Source: Candidatus Multivoradales bacterium
Lineage (GTDB): Bacteria > Acidobacteriota > Thermoanaerobaculia > Multivoradales > JAHEKO01
Length of the DNA stretch: 64,000 bases
Assembly: GCA_965223155.1 (NCBI GenBank)
Contig: CBDCVR010000014.1
Coordinates: 1,056,001 to 1,120,000, forward strand
Direction of reading: 5' to 3'
Within the stretch, counting starts at the first letter, position 1; each line of letters opens with the position of its first letter. Below are positions 1 through 9,533 of this stretch, piece by piece. The notes beneath the pieces are model-generated. The model was not told the DNA's origin and did not search any database. It was given only the letters and a program-made list of their open reading frames with translations. The position numbers were made by a program, and so were the translations under genes.

Positions 1-332
1 AAAAAGCCCTTCATGAGTCCCGGAATCGCCCGATGCCAGTCTCCGTCCAGAAGCGCGTTGATCGAAACGGAACGGCCCGGTCGTCCGCGCTCGCGGCCAT
101 GGATCTCGACCCGAGCGGACAGCACCCAGAAAGGCAGGTAGCGTTCCGCGGCAACGTGCGAGGCGGCGACGAAGGCCACCTCCACCGGTTCGAGATGCGG
201 CGTCTGGCCGCGGTAGCGGTAGCCGTTCCGGCAGGAGATGCAGTAGAAGACCACGTCCTCACTCGAGGCCGCCACCGACGAACCGCACGACGGGCAGTCC
301 AGGGCGACCAAGTGGAAGGATTCGGTGCTCAC
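1..332 (-). CDS. Zinc-ribbon (double CxxC) protein, YdjG-like; 3' end runs off the window
   Basis: Not in the ORF track. Manual translation from GTG 332 (GTGA overlap with the upstream stop) gives VSTESFHLVALDCPSCGSSVAASSEDVVFYCISCRNGY...ERYLPFWVLSARVEI..., open to the window edge. Confidence 0.8.
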   Translation of the reverse strand, partial: MSTESFHLVALDCPSCGSSVAASSEDVVFYCISCRNGYRYRGQTPHLEPVEVAFVAASHVAAERYLPFWVLSARVEIHGRERGRPGRSVSINALLDGDWHRAIPGLMKGF

Positions 333-1477
333 CGGCGCAGTCCTCGGAGCGCGTGCCCCGCCATGTTGGACAGGATCGTTCCGGACGGCTCCGGCGCCGC
401 GGAGGCCACACCCGTTCCCTCGATCACCACGCCGCCGTGCCGGAAATGGCGCCAGCCCCAGGCAAGCACCGACAGGGCGATGCCGCCCACGATGACAATT
501 CCGACGCAACTGCCCCCCGCGAACTGAATCGCGGTCGTCGCCAGGAACATGGCGAAGGCCTCGGCGCCGACCAGCATGGCGGCCCGGAAAAAATCGTTGC
601 CGGGCGCCTTGCCGTAGGCGAGGCTCCCGTCCTCCGCGTCCACCAGCACCTGGTAGGCGCGATCCTGATAGTGGTAGCGCACCACCCACAGCGGGTAGTA
701 GATGACCGTCAGACGCTCGCGCAGGGTCTGGAGAAACTTGAAGCGCGTGCGGCGTAGTCCGGCGGCCGGATCGGTGGCGCCGCGAAACTGGTTCAAGGCC
801 TTGTTCAAGACGTGACCCTCGTTGCCGGTGGGAGCGAAGACCATGCCTTGGCGCCGCAGAGCCTCGGGATCGAAGGGGACGAGCGGATCTCCCACCAGGT
901 TTACACGACCGATTCCCCACTCCTCGACGTTGACCGCGGGGTACGTTCGATCGTGACTCTTGGTCACCTTGCGCTCGACGTCAGCCTCGTAGGTCTCGAC
1001 CCTGCGGTTCTTGCCCGAGCCCACGGTGCGCTGGCGCAGCTCGGTGCCCAGGGCGACGCCCACACAGTCCGCCTCCACCCGGTAGAAGGGAAGAAAGCAA
1101 AGCAAGGTCTCGGCCATGCGAGCCTTGGCGCCCAGCTTGGGGTCTTTCCGCATGCCGGACCGAAACCAGTTCTTCGCAAGCTTGCGCGCCTCGCCGGCCC
1201 CGATCCTCGGCTCCACCGCCAGGCGCCGCAGCCCCACTTCCGCAGTGACCAAGAGGGGCGTCTGACAGTACTTGCAGGAGACCACCCGCAGTCCGGTCTC
1301 GACCGCCAGCGATCCACCACAGTTGGGGCAGGTAAGTCCCTCGACCCGGTGGGAAAGACGGTCGTCAACCGGTTCCGGCTCGGCCGGCGGATCGGACATG
1401 ACCTCGGCATCCGGATCGGGCACACTGACCTCCTTCCCGGCTCCCTCCTCCGGCCGATCCAGGACTTCGGGGCTCAT
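329..1477 (-). CDS. Zinc-ribbon membrane protein, YdjG-like (about 382 aa)
   Basis: C-terminal part of ORF 329..2221. ATG 1477 overlaps the upstream stop (ATGA). Motifs CPNC/CKYC, LPFY and YYPLWVVRYHYQDRAYQVLVDAEDG; two C-terminal hydrophobic helices. Confidence 0.8.
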   Translation of the reverse strand: MSPEVLDRPEEGAGKEVSVPDPDAEVMSDPPAEPEPVDDRLSHRVEGLTCPNCGGSLAVETGLRVVSCKYCQTPLLVTAEVGLRRLAVEPRIGAGEARKLAKNWFRSGMRKDPKLGAKARMAETLLCFLPFYRVEADCVGVALGTELRQRTVGSGKNRRVETYEADVERKVTKSHDRTYPAVNVEEWGIGRVNLVGDPLVPFDPEALRRQGMVFAPTGNEGHVLNKALNQFRGATDPAAGLRRTRFKFLQTLRERLTVIYYPLWVVRYHYQDRAYQVLVDAEDGSLAYGKAPGNDFFRAAMLVGAEAFAMFLATTAIQFAGGSCVGIVIVGGIALSVLAWGWRHFRHGGVVIEGTGVASAAPEPSGTILSNMAGHALRGLRR

Positions 1478-2304
1478 ACCTTCCTCGTCACCAGCCAGGC
1501 CAGGAGCAGCAACGGAACACTGGTCAGAGAGTATGCGACCAGCTTGAAGAGAGGATTCTGGATGAAGAGCCCTTCCAGGCCGAAGAGCACCAGTCCCAGA
1601 ACAGCGACCAGTACGTAGGGGCTCTCGGCCTTCTCGGGATAGACCGAGGCCAGGACTTTGCCGGTCGATCCCTCGACCACCGCCGCGTACCCCTGGTTCC
1701 GATATCGATAGCGCGCCCGCCACAACGGAACCTCGACCAGCGCGGTCTCCTGGACATCGGCGAAGCCCCGCTGAGCGACCCACTCGCGGGCGGTCTCGAG
1801 AGGTATCGACGCCTCCAGGCGCTCCCCGGCGGCAGGATCCGCACCGGCCGCGCCGGCCGCACGGACCCCATTGGCGGTCTCGGCTGGCTCGCCAGCCTCG
1901 GGCGACCAAGGCACCAGCTCTCCGGCCGGTACGGTGAGGTCGGCCAGCGCCGGAATCGGCGTCGGTGCCGCCGGTTCCACCGCCACCGCCTCGTGCCCGC
2001 CCGAGGCCGACCGGCGCGAGCGAAAGAGCCACATCGGAAAGGCGATCGCCTCGAGACCCTCCAAGGTGCTCTTGCGATCCAGATCCTTCACCGTGTCGTT
2101 GCCCGCCATCCAGCGACGCAGCGCCGCCCGGGCCGCGTCCCCATCCAGGAGCCGCGGCAGCCGGTAGTGGTTGACGATTCGGGATCGATCGAAGAAGAGG
2201 GCGGTGCCACAGAAGGAGCACGAGAAAACCTGCTCCCCGGAGCGAAGCGTGCTCTCACCCCCGCATTGCGGGCAGTGAACCGTGTTGGCGCGCGCGGAGC
2301 TCAC
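1474..2304 (-). CDS. Zinc-ribbon membrane protein, YdjG-like
   Basis: Motifs CPQC/CSFC, FPMW and VPLWRARYRYRNQGYAAVVEGSTGKV; two C-terminal TM helices. Confidence 0.8.
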   Translation of the reverse strand: MSSARANTVHCPQCGGESTLRSGEQVFSCSFCGTALFFDRSRIVNHYRLPRLLDGDAARAALRRWMAGNDTVKDLDRKSTLEGLEAIAFPMWLFRSRRSASGGHEAVAVEPAAPTPIPALADLTVPAGELVPWSPEAGEPAETANGVRAAGAAGADPAAGERLEASIPLETAREWVAQRGFADVQETALVEVPLWRARYRYRNQGYAAVVEGSTGKVLASVYPEKAESPYVLVAVLGLVLFGLEGLFIQNPLFKLVAYSLTSVPLLLLAWLVTRKV

Positions 2305-2331
2305 GGCCTCACGACCCGGCGGTCAGCAAGA

Positions 2332-3393
2332 CTAGTCCGTGAGCTTGGTGCCGCAGGATGGGCAGAAGCGCGCTCCCTCCGGCAGCTTGCCGCCGCACTG
2401 GTGGCAGAAGCTTGCTTCCGACGTCGCGCCCGTCGCCTCACCGGTCGCAGCGCCGCCGGCAGTCGCGGCAGCCGCGGTGGCCGCCTCCGCACCGGCGGGA
2501 GTGCCGGCGCCGCTCGCCGGAGCGCCACCCTCGGACGTGGATGGGGCGGCCATGGCCTCCTTCATCATCTGCGGCAGCATCATGCCCATTCCCGCTCCCA
2601 TGCCGACGCCGAGGCCGGCGCCGACGCCGTCCCCAGTGCCACCGCCGCTCTGCTGCGCGGCATCGCCCATCGCCTTGGCGGCCTTGAACTTCAAGTAGGA
2701 GTTCATGTCCCCCACCGCCGCCATGCCGGTGCGCTCGTCGATCATCTTCTGGACCTCTTCTGGCGGCGTGATCGCCCCCAGGTAGAGATCCACCAGCTCG
2801 ATCCCGTACTTGACGAAGTCATCGGCGACCCGGGCCTTGAGCCCCATCCCCAGCTCGTCGTAGACCTTGGGCAGATCGAAGATGGAGTCCAGGTTCTCGC
2901 CCAGAAGATCGGTCAGGCGGGCGACGATCACGTCCTTGAAATAGCCCTCGACGCCGTCGGTCGTGTAGAGACCCTGGGTGCCGACTACCTCGTTGACGAA
3001 TTGCTGGGCGTTGGTAATCCGCACCGCGAACTTGCCAAAGGCGCGCAGCCGGATCATCGCCAGTTCCTTGTCGCGGTAGGCCACCGGCTCCTTGGTACCC
3101 CACTTGAGATCCAAGAAGGTCTTGGTGGAAACGAACACCACCGCCGCCTGAAACGGCGACTTGCCTTCGAACGGCAAGCCCAGCAGCCTGACCAGCAGCG
3201 GAATGTTCTGGGTTGCCAGGGTGTGGCGACCCGGGAGGAAGGTGTCGAGCGCCTTGCCGTCCCGGAAGAAGACCGCCTGCTGGCTTTCCTCGACCACCAG
3301 CTGGCTACCCAACTCGATCGCCTCGGTTCCGCTCTTCGGAACCCGGGCGACCATGGTCTGGCCGGTGGCATCAACGTACTGAATGACTTTCAT
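2332..3393 (-). CDS. SPFH/band-7 domain protein with C-terminal double zinc ribbon, YdjI-like
   Basis: GSQLVVEESQQAVFFRDGKALDTFLPGRHTLATQNIP, LKWGTKEP, LRAFG; Gly/Met-rich linker; C-terminal CHQC...CPSC; AAGGAG RBS. Confidence 0.88.
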   Translation of the reverse strand: MKVIQYVDATGQTMVARVPKSGTEAIELGSQLVVEESQQAVFFRDGKALDTFLPGRHTLATQNIPLLVRLLGLPFEGKSPFQAAVVFVSTKTFLDLKWGTKEPVAYRDKELAMIRLRAFGKFAVRITNAQQFVNEVVGTQGLYTTDGVEGYFKDVIVARLTDLLGENLDSIFDLPKVYDELGMGLKARVADDFVKYGIELVDLYLGAITPPEEVQKMIDERTGMAAVGDMNSYLKFKAAKAMGDAAQQSGGGTGDGVGAGLGVGMGAGMGMMLPQMMKEAMAAPSTSEGGAPASGAGTPAGAEAATAAAATAGGAATGEATGATSEASFCHQCGGKLPEGARFCPSCGTKLTD

Positions 3394-3420
3394 GGCGAGC
3401 TCTCCTTGGCGTACGAAAGG

Positions 3421-3945
3421 TTACGAGGCGGTGCCGACCACGTTGCCGATCACCGCTTTGCGATCGGACCAGCGCCGCGCCATGGCGTCGACCTCGTCCA
3501 CGATGGGATCGACCGCTGCCTTGGCGTCGCCGTCTCCCGGGGCCGGGATGGCCCCGATCCGGTCTCCGAGCGATCGAACGCCCTCGAGGAAGCCGAGGTC
3601 GAACTCGTACAGTTGGGCGAGCTCGGCCTCGCCGATCTTGACGACGTCGAAGAAACCCGAGACCCCGTACTCGGCGAAACGGACCGCTTGGGACAGGCCG
3701 TCGAGCTTGCGGTCCAGGCGCTCGAAGAGGTGGAGCACGCCGATCTGCCCGGCGTCGGTGTAGTCCCGAGCGGCAGCCCGGACCGACCCCTTGAGAGCCG
3801 TCAGGTCGCGCGAGAGCTGCTCGCGCTGCATCCGGTCCACCTCTCGCCGCAGCTCGCGGTCCTGAAACCCCTTGAATCCGGGGATATAGGCTCCTAGCTT
3901 CTCCAGCCAGTTGCGCTGTTCTTGTGCCGATTCGAATCCGTCCAT
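3421..3945 (-). CDS. Conserved-looking alpha-helical hypothetical protein (174 aa), first gene of the SPFH operon
   Basis: ATG 3945 preceded by AGGAGG; sequence MDGFESAQEQRNWLEKLGAYIPGFKGFQDRELRREVD..., amphipathic helices. Confidence 0.8.
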   Translation of the reverse strand: MDGFESAQEQRNWLEKLGAYIPGFKGFQDRELRREVDRMQREQLSRDLTALKGSVRAAARDYTDAGQIGVLHLFERLDRKLDGLSQAVRFAEYGVSGFFDVVKIGEAELAQLYEFDLGFLEGVRSLGDRIGAIPAPGDGDAKAAVDPIVDEVDAMARRWSDRKAVIGNVVGTAS

Positions 3946-3946
3946 T

Positions 3947-3985
3947 GCGACCTCCTGGGGCGACCTCCTGGGTGACCTCCTCGGG
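3947..3985 (-). repeat. Three tandem 13-bp repeats, each containing AGGAGGT on the minus strand
   Basis: Plus strand GCGACCTCCTGGG GCGACCTCCTGGG TGACCTCCTCGGG, directly upstream of ATG 3945. Confidence 0.8.
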
Positions 3986-4013
3986 CGACTCGCGCGCCGA
4001 GGCCGGGCCTCGG

Positions 4014-4022
4014 ATCGTACCA
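4014..4022 (-). promoter_or_regulatory. Putative extended -10 promoter (TGgTACGAT) for the SPFH operon
   Basis: TGnTAnnAT match in the divergent intergenic region, about 70 nt upstream of ATG 3945. Confidence 0.45.
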
Positions 4023-4093
4023 GAGGACCTCGGCGTGCCAGCCGCCCGAACTTCGGCGGCGAAGCGCCGTAGGATGGAGCAAGGAGGTTGCCC

Positions 4094-5434
4094 ATGCCCG
4101 TCGTCTCCAGCATCCGCTTCACACGGCTTCGAACCGGAGTCCTGCTTGCCACTACCGCCGCGGTTCTCGCCGCATCGAGCTCTGCTTGGTCGAACCAGGC
4201 CACCGAAACCACGTCTTCAGAGGCCAGCGCCGAGACAGCTTCTTCCGACCGGCCCGACTGGCCGCAGTGGGGCGGTCCGACGCGGGACTTCCAGGTGCCC
4301 GCGGCCGAGCTCGCCATGGACTGGCCGGAGACCGGACCGCGCGAGCTCTGGCGGCGCCCGCTGGGCGACGGCAACTCCGCGATCGCGGCCGTGGGCGATC
4401 GCCTCTACACAATGGCCCGCGACGGCGACCGCGAGCTCGTCGTCGCCCTGGACCGCGCCTCAGGCCGGACTCTGTGGACCGCCGGCTGGAGCACTCCGTT
4501 GTGGACGAGCTTCTATACGGAGTACGGCCCCGGACCGCATACGACGCCCCTCATCGACGCCGGGCGGCTCTACGCCGCCGGCATCGCCGGTCGTCTGGTC
4601 TGCCTCGACGCCGCGACCGGCGCCGAGATCTGGCGCAAGGAGCTCTGGGAGGAGTTCGACGTCACCAGCCGGGAGTTCGGCCCGGCCCAGCTCGGCTATT
4701 CGGCCAGTCCCCTACTCCACGACGGGCGGCTGATCGTGGTCGGAGGAACTCCCGAGCGCGGGGTGCTGGCCCTCGACCCCGAGACCGGGGCCGAGCTCTG
4801 GGCCGCGGGCGGCATCGAGCCCGCCTTCGCCTCCCCGATCGCGATCGCCACCAGCGGGGGCCACCAGATCGTGGTCTTCGCGGCCGGCGAGGTGGTGGGC
4901 CTCGAACCAGAGTCTGGAGACATCCTGTGGCGCACGGAGCACGAGACCCCCTACTTCGTCAACGCTTCGACCCCGATCTGGGACGGCGAGAGCAGGCTCA
5001 TCGTCTCCTCGGCCTACGACACCGGTGCCCGCGCCTTCGAGCTCGCGGGCGAAGCCGGTGCCCGTGAGCTCTGGGCCAATGGAAAGCTTCAGATCCATCA
5101 TCAAGCCGCGGTCCTGGTCAATGGCCTCCTCTACGGCTCGAGCGGCGACTTCGGCCCGGCCTTCCTCACCGGCACGGACCCGGCCACAGGCGAGATCCTG
5201 TTCCGGATGCGGGACTTTGCCAAAGCCAATCTGCTCGCGGCCGGCGAGCGCCTAATCATTCTGGACGAGGACGGCACGCTGGCCCTGGCGACGCCGACGC
5301 CGGAAGGCCTCACGATCGACGCCAAGGCCGAGGTGTTCTCGTCCCGGAGCTGGACCGTGCCGACGCTGACCGGCTCGATTCTCTACGCCCGCGACCGCAA
5401 GGAAATCGCGGCCTTCGATCTGGGACAGCCCTAG
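4094..5434 (+). CDS. Secreted PQQ-binding-like (BamB-like) beta-propeller repeat protein
   Basis: AAGGAGG at 4081-4087 before ATG 4094; signal peptide; DWPQWGGP; repeated ALDxxTGxxLW blades. Confidence 0.85.
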   Translation: MPVVSSIRFTRLRTGVLLATTAAVLAASSSAWSNQATETTSSEASAETASSDRPDWPQWGGPTRDFQVPAAELAMDWPETGPRELWRRPLGDGNSAIAAVGDRLYTMARDGDRELVVALDRASGRTLWTAGWSTPLWTSFYTEYGPGPHTTPLIDAGRLYAAGIAGRLVCLDAATGAEIWRKELWEEFDVTSREFGPAQLGYSASPLLHDGRLIVVGGTPERGVLALDPETGAELWAAGGIEPAFASPIAIATSGGHQIVVFAAGEVVGLEPESGDILWRTEHETPYFVNASTPIWDGESRLIVSSAYDTGARAFELAGEAGARELWANGKLQIHHQAAVLVNGLLYGSSGDFGPAFLTGTDPATGEILFRMRDFAKANLLAAGERLIILDEDGTLALATPTPEGLTIDAKAEVFSSRSWTVPTLTGSILYARDRKEIAAFDLGQP

Positions 5435-6006
5435 CGGCTACGAGGGCGCCGGACCGTGCGCGCGGCCAGGAGCGCGGCGATCGCGATGCTCGCGCCGATG
5501 CCGTTCCAGGCCACGTCCTTGAGATCGTAGACCCGGTTGGGCAAGAAGTGCTGGATGCCCTCGTCGCCCCAGCCGGCGAGGACGCCCAGACCCAGCGCCT
5601 GAAGCGCCGCGGTCACATCGCCGCTCCGGGTTGACGCTCCCGAGCGACGCTCCCCGCGCAGACGGAAGGCGCCGAAGAGCAGGCCGCCCAGAATGCCGTA
5701 CTGCAAGAAGTGGAGCTTCTCCTCCGCCCGTCCGGTCAGGCCCAAGGCGGCCCCCAATCCCGCGGCGAAGACCAGCCAGACCGCGAGCTCGAGCGGGCGG
5801 GGCCGGCGCCGGACGAGCCACACCAGGCCCACGACCGCGGCGGCCGCGAAGACCCAGCCGACGAAGGATCCCAGGAGACCCCGCGCGCGCAGGAACTCGA
5901 CCGGCGCCCGCACGAAGTAGAGGGTCGAATAGGTCACGAGGATCCATGCGGCGGCGGTCAGCCACAGCCGCCGTTCCCGCGGTTCGATCGTCTCTCGCGC
6001 CGCCAT
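5431..6006 (-). CDS. VanZ-family membrane protein
   Basis: EKLHFLQYGILG and GWGDEGIQHFLPNRVYDLKDVAWNGIG motifs; alternative start GTG 6048. Confidence 0.8.
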   Translation of the reverse strand: MAARETIEPRERRLWLTAAAWILVTYSTLYFVRAPVEFLRARGLLGSFVGWVFAAAAVVGLVWLVRRRPRPLELAVWLVFAAGLGAALGLTGRAEEKLHFLQYGILGGLLFGAFRLRGERRSGASTRSGDVTAALQALGLGVLAGWGDEGIQHFLPNRVYDLKDVAWNGIGASIAIAALLAARTVRRPRSR

Positions 6007-6056
6007 CGGACGCCTTTCGGAGGCGGCGCCGGCGCGCCGCCTCCTCACATCCTTCC

Positions 6057-7430
6057 TCAGTCCATCTGCTTCCGCAGAACCGTCGGGATGTCGAAGTCAT
6101 CGACACTCGACCAGTTCGGCCCGAAGCCGTTGGGATCCTCGTCCTGGGAGTTCGCCAGCACCTTTCGGTAGAAGGGAATCTCCTCGGACTGTTCGTCACC
6201 GGACTGCGGCGCCGAAGGATGAGGTTGCTGCTGAGATTGCTGCTGAGGCTGAGCTTGCGGCTGCGGTTGAGGCTGCTGCGCCGGCCGGGATTCCGCGCGC
6301 GCGGCCTGGGTCGGTATCGAGGTCTGAAGCGGAGCGTTGGCCAGCTCGACTGTGTCCGCGTCGCTTTGTGCCGGGCCGATCGGATCGGCGAAGAAATCAT
6401 CGTGATCCAGCGAGCGCTCGGGAAAGCGGGGCTCGCTGCCGGCAAAACCGGTGGCGATGACCGTGACCTTCATCTCGTCCTCCAGAGACTCGTCCAGGAC
6501 CATGCCCGAGATGATGTGGGCATCCGCGGCCACCGCCGACTCGATGAGCTGGGCCGCCTCGGCCACCTCGTGCAGAGCCAGATCGCGGCCGCCCGAGATG
6601 TTGATGAGCACGCCGCGCGCGCCGTCGATCGACGTCTCTTCCAGAAGCGGCGACGAGATCGCCCGCTGGGCGGCTTCGGTTGCCCGGTTGTCACCCTTGG
6701 CGATGCCGGTACCCATGAGCGCCATGCCCATTCCGGTCATCACGGTCTTGACGTCGGCGAAATCGACGTTGACCTCACCCGGCACGGTAATCAGATCGCT
6801 GATGCCCTGAACCGCCTGGCGCAGGACGTCGTCGGCGATCCGGAAGGCCTCAGACAGCGGCGTGCCACGCTCGACAAAGCTCAGCAGGCGCTCGTTGGGA
6901 ATCGTGATCAAGGTATCTACGGCGTTCTGCAGCTCTTCCAGCCCGCGCTCGGCTTGCGCCATGCGCCGCCGCCCCTCGAAGGCAAAGGGCTTGGTGACCA
7001 CGGCCACGGTCAAAGCGCCGATCTCGGCGGCCAGAGAGGCCGCGATCGGAATGGCACCGGTGCCGGTGCCGCCCCCCATGCCCGCTGTCAGAAAGACCAT
7101 GTCCGAGCCCTGCAGGAGCTCGAGAATCCGATCGGTATCCTCGAGCGCGGAGCGGCGCCCGATCTCCGGATCGCCGCCGGCGCCCAAGCCGCGGGTCGAA
7201 GCCGTACCCAGTTGCAGCTTCACCGGCGCCCGGCACTTGCGCAGAGCCTGGAGGTCGGTATTGGCGGCAATGAACTCGATGCCCCCCATGCGCGCGTCGA
7301 TCATGCGGTTGACGGCGTTGCCGCCGCCGCCTCCCAGCCCGACGACTTTGATCCTCGCCGGCACCATGTCGGCGTCTTCGAGAGTGATCGGCAGTTCGCC
7401 TTCCAGATCCTGGTCGCTGAATAAAATCAT
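6057..7430 (-). CDS. ftsZ: Cell division protein FtsZ
   Basis: [35 protein letters not shown]-terminal DIPTVLRK; GGGAGG RBS before ATG 7430. Confidence 0.98.
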   Translation of the reverse strand: MILFSDQDLEGELPITLEDADMVPARIKVVGLGGGGGNAVNRMIDARMGGIEFIAANTDLQALRKCRAPVKLQLGTASTRGLGAGGDPEIGRRSALEDTDRILELLQGSDMVFLTAGMGGGTGTGAIPIAASLAAEIGALTVAVVTKPFAFEGRRRMAQAERGLEELQNAVDTLITIPNERLLSFVERGTPLSEAFRIADDVLRQAVQGISDLITVPGEVNVDFADVKTVMTGMGMALMGTGIAKGDNRATEAAQRAISSPLLEETSIDGARGVLINISGGRDLALHEVAEAAQLIESAVAADAHIISGMVLDESLEDEMKVTVIATGFAGSEPRFPERSLDHDDFFADPIGPAQSDADTVELANAPLQTSIPTQAARAESRPAQQPQPQPQAQPQQQSQQQPHPSAPQSGDEQSEEIPFYRKVLANSQDEDPNGFGPNWSSVDDFDIPTVLRKQMD

Positions 7431-7453
7431 TTCGAAAGCCTCCCTGTTTTGGC

Positions 7454-8692
7454 TCAGAGCAAGTCCGAGAACATTTCCTTGATGCTTCCCACCATCGAGC
7501 GGACGGCCGAGCCGCGATGTCTGGCGGAGCGTTGTTTCTTCGCCTCTTCGGCCTGCCCGTAGAGGAGCAAGCCCGAAGCCGTGGTCCAGGTCGGCGAGCT
7601 GATCACGTCGACCAAGCCGCCGAGCCCTTGCGGCAGCCCGTAGCGGACGCCGGTGTTGAAGATCTGTTCGGCCATCTCGAGGACACCGTCGAGCTGAGCG
7701 CCGCCCCCGGTCAAGACCACGCCACCGCGCAGGTGGCCGTCCAGGCCCGATCGCAGGAGGTCCTCGCGAACCAGCGACAGGATCTCCTCGGCCCGGGGCT
7801 GAAGGATGCCGCAAAGCTCGCTTCGCGGCACCACGCGGGGCGGGCCGCCGGCCACCGCCGGTACCGAGATGCCTTGCTCCTCGCCGAGCATTCCCGGCAG
7901 GCAGCAGCCGTAGCGGATCTTGATCTGCTCGGCCTCTCCGAACGGCGTCCGCAGGACCATGGCCAGATCGTTGGTGAAGTGGCCGGACCCGACCGGCAGA
8001 ACGCCGCTGTGATGGACCTCGCCCTCGGTGAAGTAACCGTACTCGGTGGTACCCGAGCCGACGTCCAGCAGCAGGACACCGAGCTCGCGCTCGTCGTGGG
8101 TGAGCGCGGCCTCGGCCGTCGCCAGCGGCTCGAAGACCATCTCGATGGCCTCGATCCCCGCGCGGTTCACACAGGTCAGAAGGGTCTTGGCGCGGGTGCT
8201 GTTGCAGGTCACCAGATGGACCGCGACCTCGACCCTCGAGCCCATCATGCCCAGCGGGTCGTAGATGCCGCCCTGGTCGTCGACGATGAACTCCTGGGGA
8301 ATGGCATGCAGGATCTCGCGGTCCGAGGGCAGTGCCGCCGCCTGGGCCGCCTCCAGGGCCCGCCGGATATCGGCGCGGCCGATCTCCTGGTTCTTGCCGG
8401 CCACCGAGACCATGCCGCGCGAGTTGACCGAGCGGGAATCGCTGCCGGCGATTCCGACGTAGGCCCGATCGACCTCCACACCGGCCATCACCTCGGCTTC
8501 TTCCGAAGCCTTCTTCAGCGCTTCGACCGTAGCCTCGACGTTGACGACGTGCCCCTTGCGGGTGCCGCGGTTGACGGCGTATCCCTTGCCCACGACTTCC
8601 ATGAAGCCGTCGTCGTTGGTGAGTCCGATGAGAACACCTACCTTGGACGAACCGATGTCGATCGCTACGGTGTATGGATTCGGCTTAGGCAT
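7454..8692 (-). CDS. ftsA: Cell division protein FtsA
   Basis: [29 protein letters not shown]-terminal amphipathic helix; position before ftsZ. Confidence 0.97.
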   Translation of the reverse strand: MPKPNPYTVAIDIGSSKVGVLIGLTNDDGFMEVVGKGYAVNRGTRKGHVVNVEATVEALKKASEEAEVMAGVEVDRAYVGIAGSDSRSVNSRGMVSVAGKNQEIGRADIRRALEAAQAAALPSDREILHAIPQEFIVDDQGGIYDPLGMMGSRVEVAVHLVTCNSTRAKTLLTCVNRAGIEAIEMVFEPLATAEAALTHDERELGVLLLDVGSGTTEYGYFTEGEVHHSGVLPVGSGHFTNDLAMVLRTPFGEAEQIKIRYGCCLPGMLGEEQGISVPAVAGGPPRVVPRSELCGILQPRAEEILSLVREDLLRSGLDGHLRGGVVLTGGGAQLDGVLEMAEQIFNTGVRYGLPQGLGGLVDVISSPTWTTASGLLLYGQAEEAKKQRSARHRGSAVRSMVGSIKEMFSDLL

Positions 8693-9533
8693 CAGCTACG
8701 ACCTCTTTCTTGTGCGGCTTCCCGGCCGCCGGTTGAAAAACGATTTGCCCCTGAAATCTCAGATCCACGGCCGCCAGGGGCGCCAGCCGGGCCAGGTGCT
8801 CGAGTCCGACACCAGCTAGGGCCTGGAGGCCCGGCTCGAGGCGGTCGTGGGTGACCAGGACCGGACAGGGCAGGCCGGCCGTGAACACGCGGAAGTCGAA
8901 CGGCGTCAGAACCTCGATCTGGGACAGGCCATCCGCCCACGGCAACTCGGTCTCCCGCCAGCGGCGGGCCAGCTCGAGACCCGACGCGAGGGTCTCGGGC
9001 GAAGGATCCTCGGCGCTCAACACCACGAAGTCCCGCACCTCGAGCATCGGATCGAAGGTCACGATCACTCGGCCCTCCCGATCCAGGAAGAGCAGCTCGC
9101 CGTCCCGCTGGAGCAGGCCCACGGGCCGCCGCTCCAGAATCTCGACCGCCAGGTGATCGGGCAGGCGCTTGTTGAGACGGACGCCCCGCAGCCAGGGATG
9201 CGGGCCGAGGGCGCTTTCCACGTCGTGTATCGAGACCTCGAAGAGATGGCGGCCCTTGAGCCCGTCCAGACGCTGGCCGGCCCAGGCCGAAGACACTCGG
9301 CCCGGACTCGAGACCGAAACACTGGCGACGGCGAACTCGGGAGACAGAAGAACCCAGGCGGTCAGGATCCCGGGGACGCCCACCAGCGCCAGAGCCGCAA
9401 GGAACGGACGGAGCAAGCGGACCCAGAGGCGGGGCTGCTTATGAGGCGCGCGGAACTGTCTCCGGCGGAAGCTCTCCGCGACCGGCCGCTCGGCCGCCGG
9501 CATCGTGGTGCGAGGCTCGCGCGGCTCGCTCAT
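8685..9533 (-). CDS. ftsQ: Cell division protein FtsQ/DivIB
   Basis: Single TM plus POTRA-like region (HPWLRGVRLNKRLPDHLAVEILERRP), VDLRF; dcw position. Confidence 0.9.
   Translation of the reverse strand: MSEPREPRTTMPAAERPVAESFRRRQFRAPHKQPRLWVRLLRPFLAALALVGVPGILTAWVLLSPEFAVASVSVSSPGRVSSAWAGQRLDGLKGRHLFEVSIHDVESALGPHPWLRGVRLNKRLPDHLAVEILERRPVGLLQRDGELLFLDREGRVIVTFDPMLEVRDFVVLSAEDPSPETLASGLELARRWRETELPWADGLSQIEVLTPFDFRVFTAGLPCPVLVTHDRLEPGLQALAGVGLEHLARLAPLAAVDLRFQGQIVFQPAAGKPHKKEVVADA

Noticed and set aside
329-2221. 630-aa ORF as a single protein
   Set aside because: The N-terminal ~250 aa is an off-frame, Arg/Gly-rich read-through overlapping the real 1474..2304 gene; the true start is ATG 1477.
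1993-3897. Long plus-strand ORFs antisense to real genes (also 5631..7424, 7517..8854, 41347..43512, 51676..53067 and many more)
   Set aside because: Shadow ORFs expected at high GC; no recognisable motifs and fully opposite well-supported genes.
4094-5434. PQQ-dependent dehydrogenase or true BamB
   Set aside because: Only the generic propeller repeats are visible; there is no lipobox, no dehydrogenase-specific motif and no bam context.
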